Virus record (IMG/VR): IMGVR_UViG_3300020460_000053
Coordinates: 1 to 24,661 of that record
Direction: 5' to 3' (one strand)
DNA: 24,661 bases
From: a virus
Lineage: Duplodnaviria; Caudoviricetes
The position numbers and the translations under genes are program-made. Shown here in pieces: positions 23,785-24,661 of the stretch. The notes below the pieces were generated by a model. That model was not told where the DNA came from. It ran no database searches and saw nothing but the letters and a program-made list of their open reading frames with translations. Numbering within the stretch: the first letter of the stretch is position 1; every line of letters starts with the position of its first letter.

Positions 23785-24026
23785 TATGCAAATCCAAACA
23801 ATTCATCCCCACACGGAGGACACATATACAACGAATACGGAGCAGGCCGATTCAACAGCTTCACAAGCTGAGACTGCATGATGATCTCCCGTTCATCAGC
23901 AGTCTTATCAGGCCACACATCCTGCACCAAAGAACCGTTGACCCACTTATTTACATCGTCCTTAGTGACAAAGACGGAATATTCGTCGCCGCACTTACCA
24001 CGACAACGAGCACGAGCCTTATACAT
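23784..24026 (-). CDS. Small Cys-containing phage protein (G.LVQD.WP...ADERE type)
   Basis: CRGKC...CPPC putative Zn site; GAAAGGA RBS. Confidence 0.65.
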   Translation of the reverse strand: MYKARARCRGKCGDEYSVFVTKDDVNKWVNGSLVQDVWPDKTADEREIIMQSQLVKLLNRPAPYSLYMCPPCGDELFGFA

Positions 24027-24027
24027 T

Positions 24028-24213
24028 TTAATTTCCTTTCCTAAACTCGGAATCTAAAAGCGCCTGCCAATACTCAGGACCACGAGCACGCTCACGTGCC
24101 CAATACCACTCACTGATCAACACACAACCACGCACAAACATGGCAATGCAGATGAAGTAGTACAGCCCTGGATACTCAGGAATAGGTAAAACTTTCTCCA
24201 ACAGATCAAACAT
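24028..24213 (-). CDS. Small putative membrane protein
   Basis: Hydrophobic segment LYYFICIAMFVRGCVLISEWYW; TGATG coupling. Confidence 0.55.
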   Translation of the reverse strand: MFDLLEKVLPIPEYPGLYYFICIAMFVRGCVLISEWYWARERARGPEYWQALLDSEFRKGN

Positions 24214-24503
24214 CAGCCGACATCCAGATGGCTAGCCCTGCTAAACGCAGTCTCTTGAGCACGAGCCATTCTCGTGACCATTTCATTAGCGTCGAACTCA
24301 TCACCATGAGTCGCACGCCTCTCCATTTCATTTAACAAGCCCTGCAACTCATCGATCACTGCTTTCGCATGACCTATGCCATTGCGACCCATCAGTAGCC
24401 AGTGATCCCGATGAGCAACAAACACATCTGAATGGTTAGTTACTTGAGCTTTAAGTAGCTCGTCACTTGCTAGGTGAATATTCTCAAAGTCTATATAGGA
24501 CAC
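24213..24503 (-). CDS. Hypothetical early protein (96 aa)
   Basis: Start re-called to GTG 24503, after AAAGGGAGA. Confidence 0.55.
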   Translation of the reverse strand: MSYIDFENIHLASDELLKAQVTNHSDVFVAHRDHWLLMGRNGIGHAKAVIDELQGLLNEMERRATHGDEFDANEMVTRMARAQETAFSRASHLDVG

Positions 24504-24541
24504 AGTGTTTCTCCCTTTGTTGTATCCATTATTAAGTATCC

Positions 24542-24568
24542 CCAATTTATAACGCCGTTATAAATTGG
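24542..24568. repeat. Palindromic operator-like element, copy 3
   Basis: CCAATTTATAAC-GCC-GTTATAAATTGG, perfect 12 bp arms. Confidence 0.8.
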
Positions 24569-24596
24569 TTCGTCGGTATCTCCATCGACAAACTCC

Positions 24597-24625
24597 AGTT
24601 TACGCTATGGCGCATCCTAAGTCAA
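24597..24625 (-). promoter_or_regulatory. Sigma70/SigA-type promoter TTGACT-N17-TAAACT
   Basis: Near-consensus boxes with 17 bp spacer, upstream of the first early gene. Confidence 0.7.
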
Positions 24626-24661
24626 GGACCTGCGGACAGTAGGGACGGCTCCCCATACGGA

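Overview
This 24.7 kb window is part of a tailed dsDNA phage genome, probably a podovirus-like phage of an aquatic Actinobacterium. The host and morphotype are inferred from an r1t-type holin, small CRCxxC proteins, GP88, a Cas4-like exonuclease, AAAGG/AGGGAG-type ribosome-binding sites, and three ejection-protein-like genes with no tape measure. Two gene blocks converge at 13163-13166. The + strand (1-13166) is a late block: tail fibre/adhesin cassette, three putative internal virion proteins (274, 567 and 1645 aa), amidase endolysin, micro-ORFs and a holin. The - strand (13163-24503) is an early/middle block: a sigma-region-4-like protein, a nuclease-like protein, RusA, an AEP primase, a DnaB-like helicase, an unknown 256 aa protein, a Cas4-like exonuclease, an HTH protein, two HNH nucleases, a lysozyme/Rpf-like protein, GP88, DUF932 and small ORFs. 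The most unusual signals are non-coding. (1) A TTGACTTA promoter followed by a TTTATAAC-N3-GTTAYAAAT palindrome occurs three times, with 42, 42 and 62 bp spacing. (2) A heavily structured leader precedes the replication operon, and one hairpin loop is complementary to the first gene's Shine-Dalgarno (SD) sequence. (3) Candidate terminators lie inside the opposing genes, so the convergent transcripts may overlap across the holin. All family assignments come from motif recognition by eye; no database search was run.
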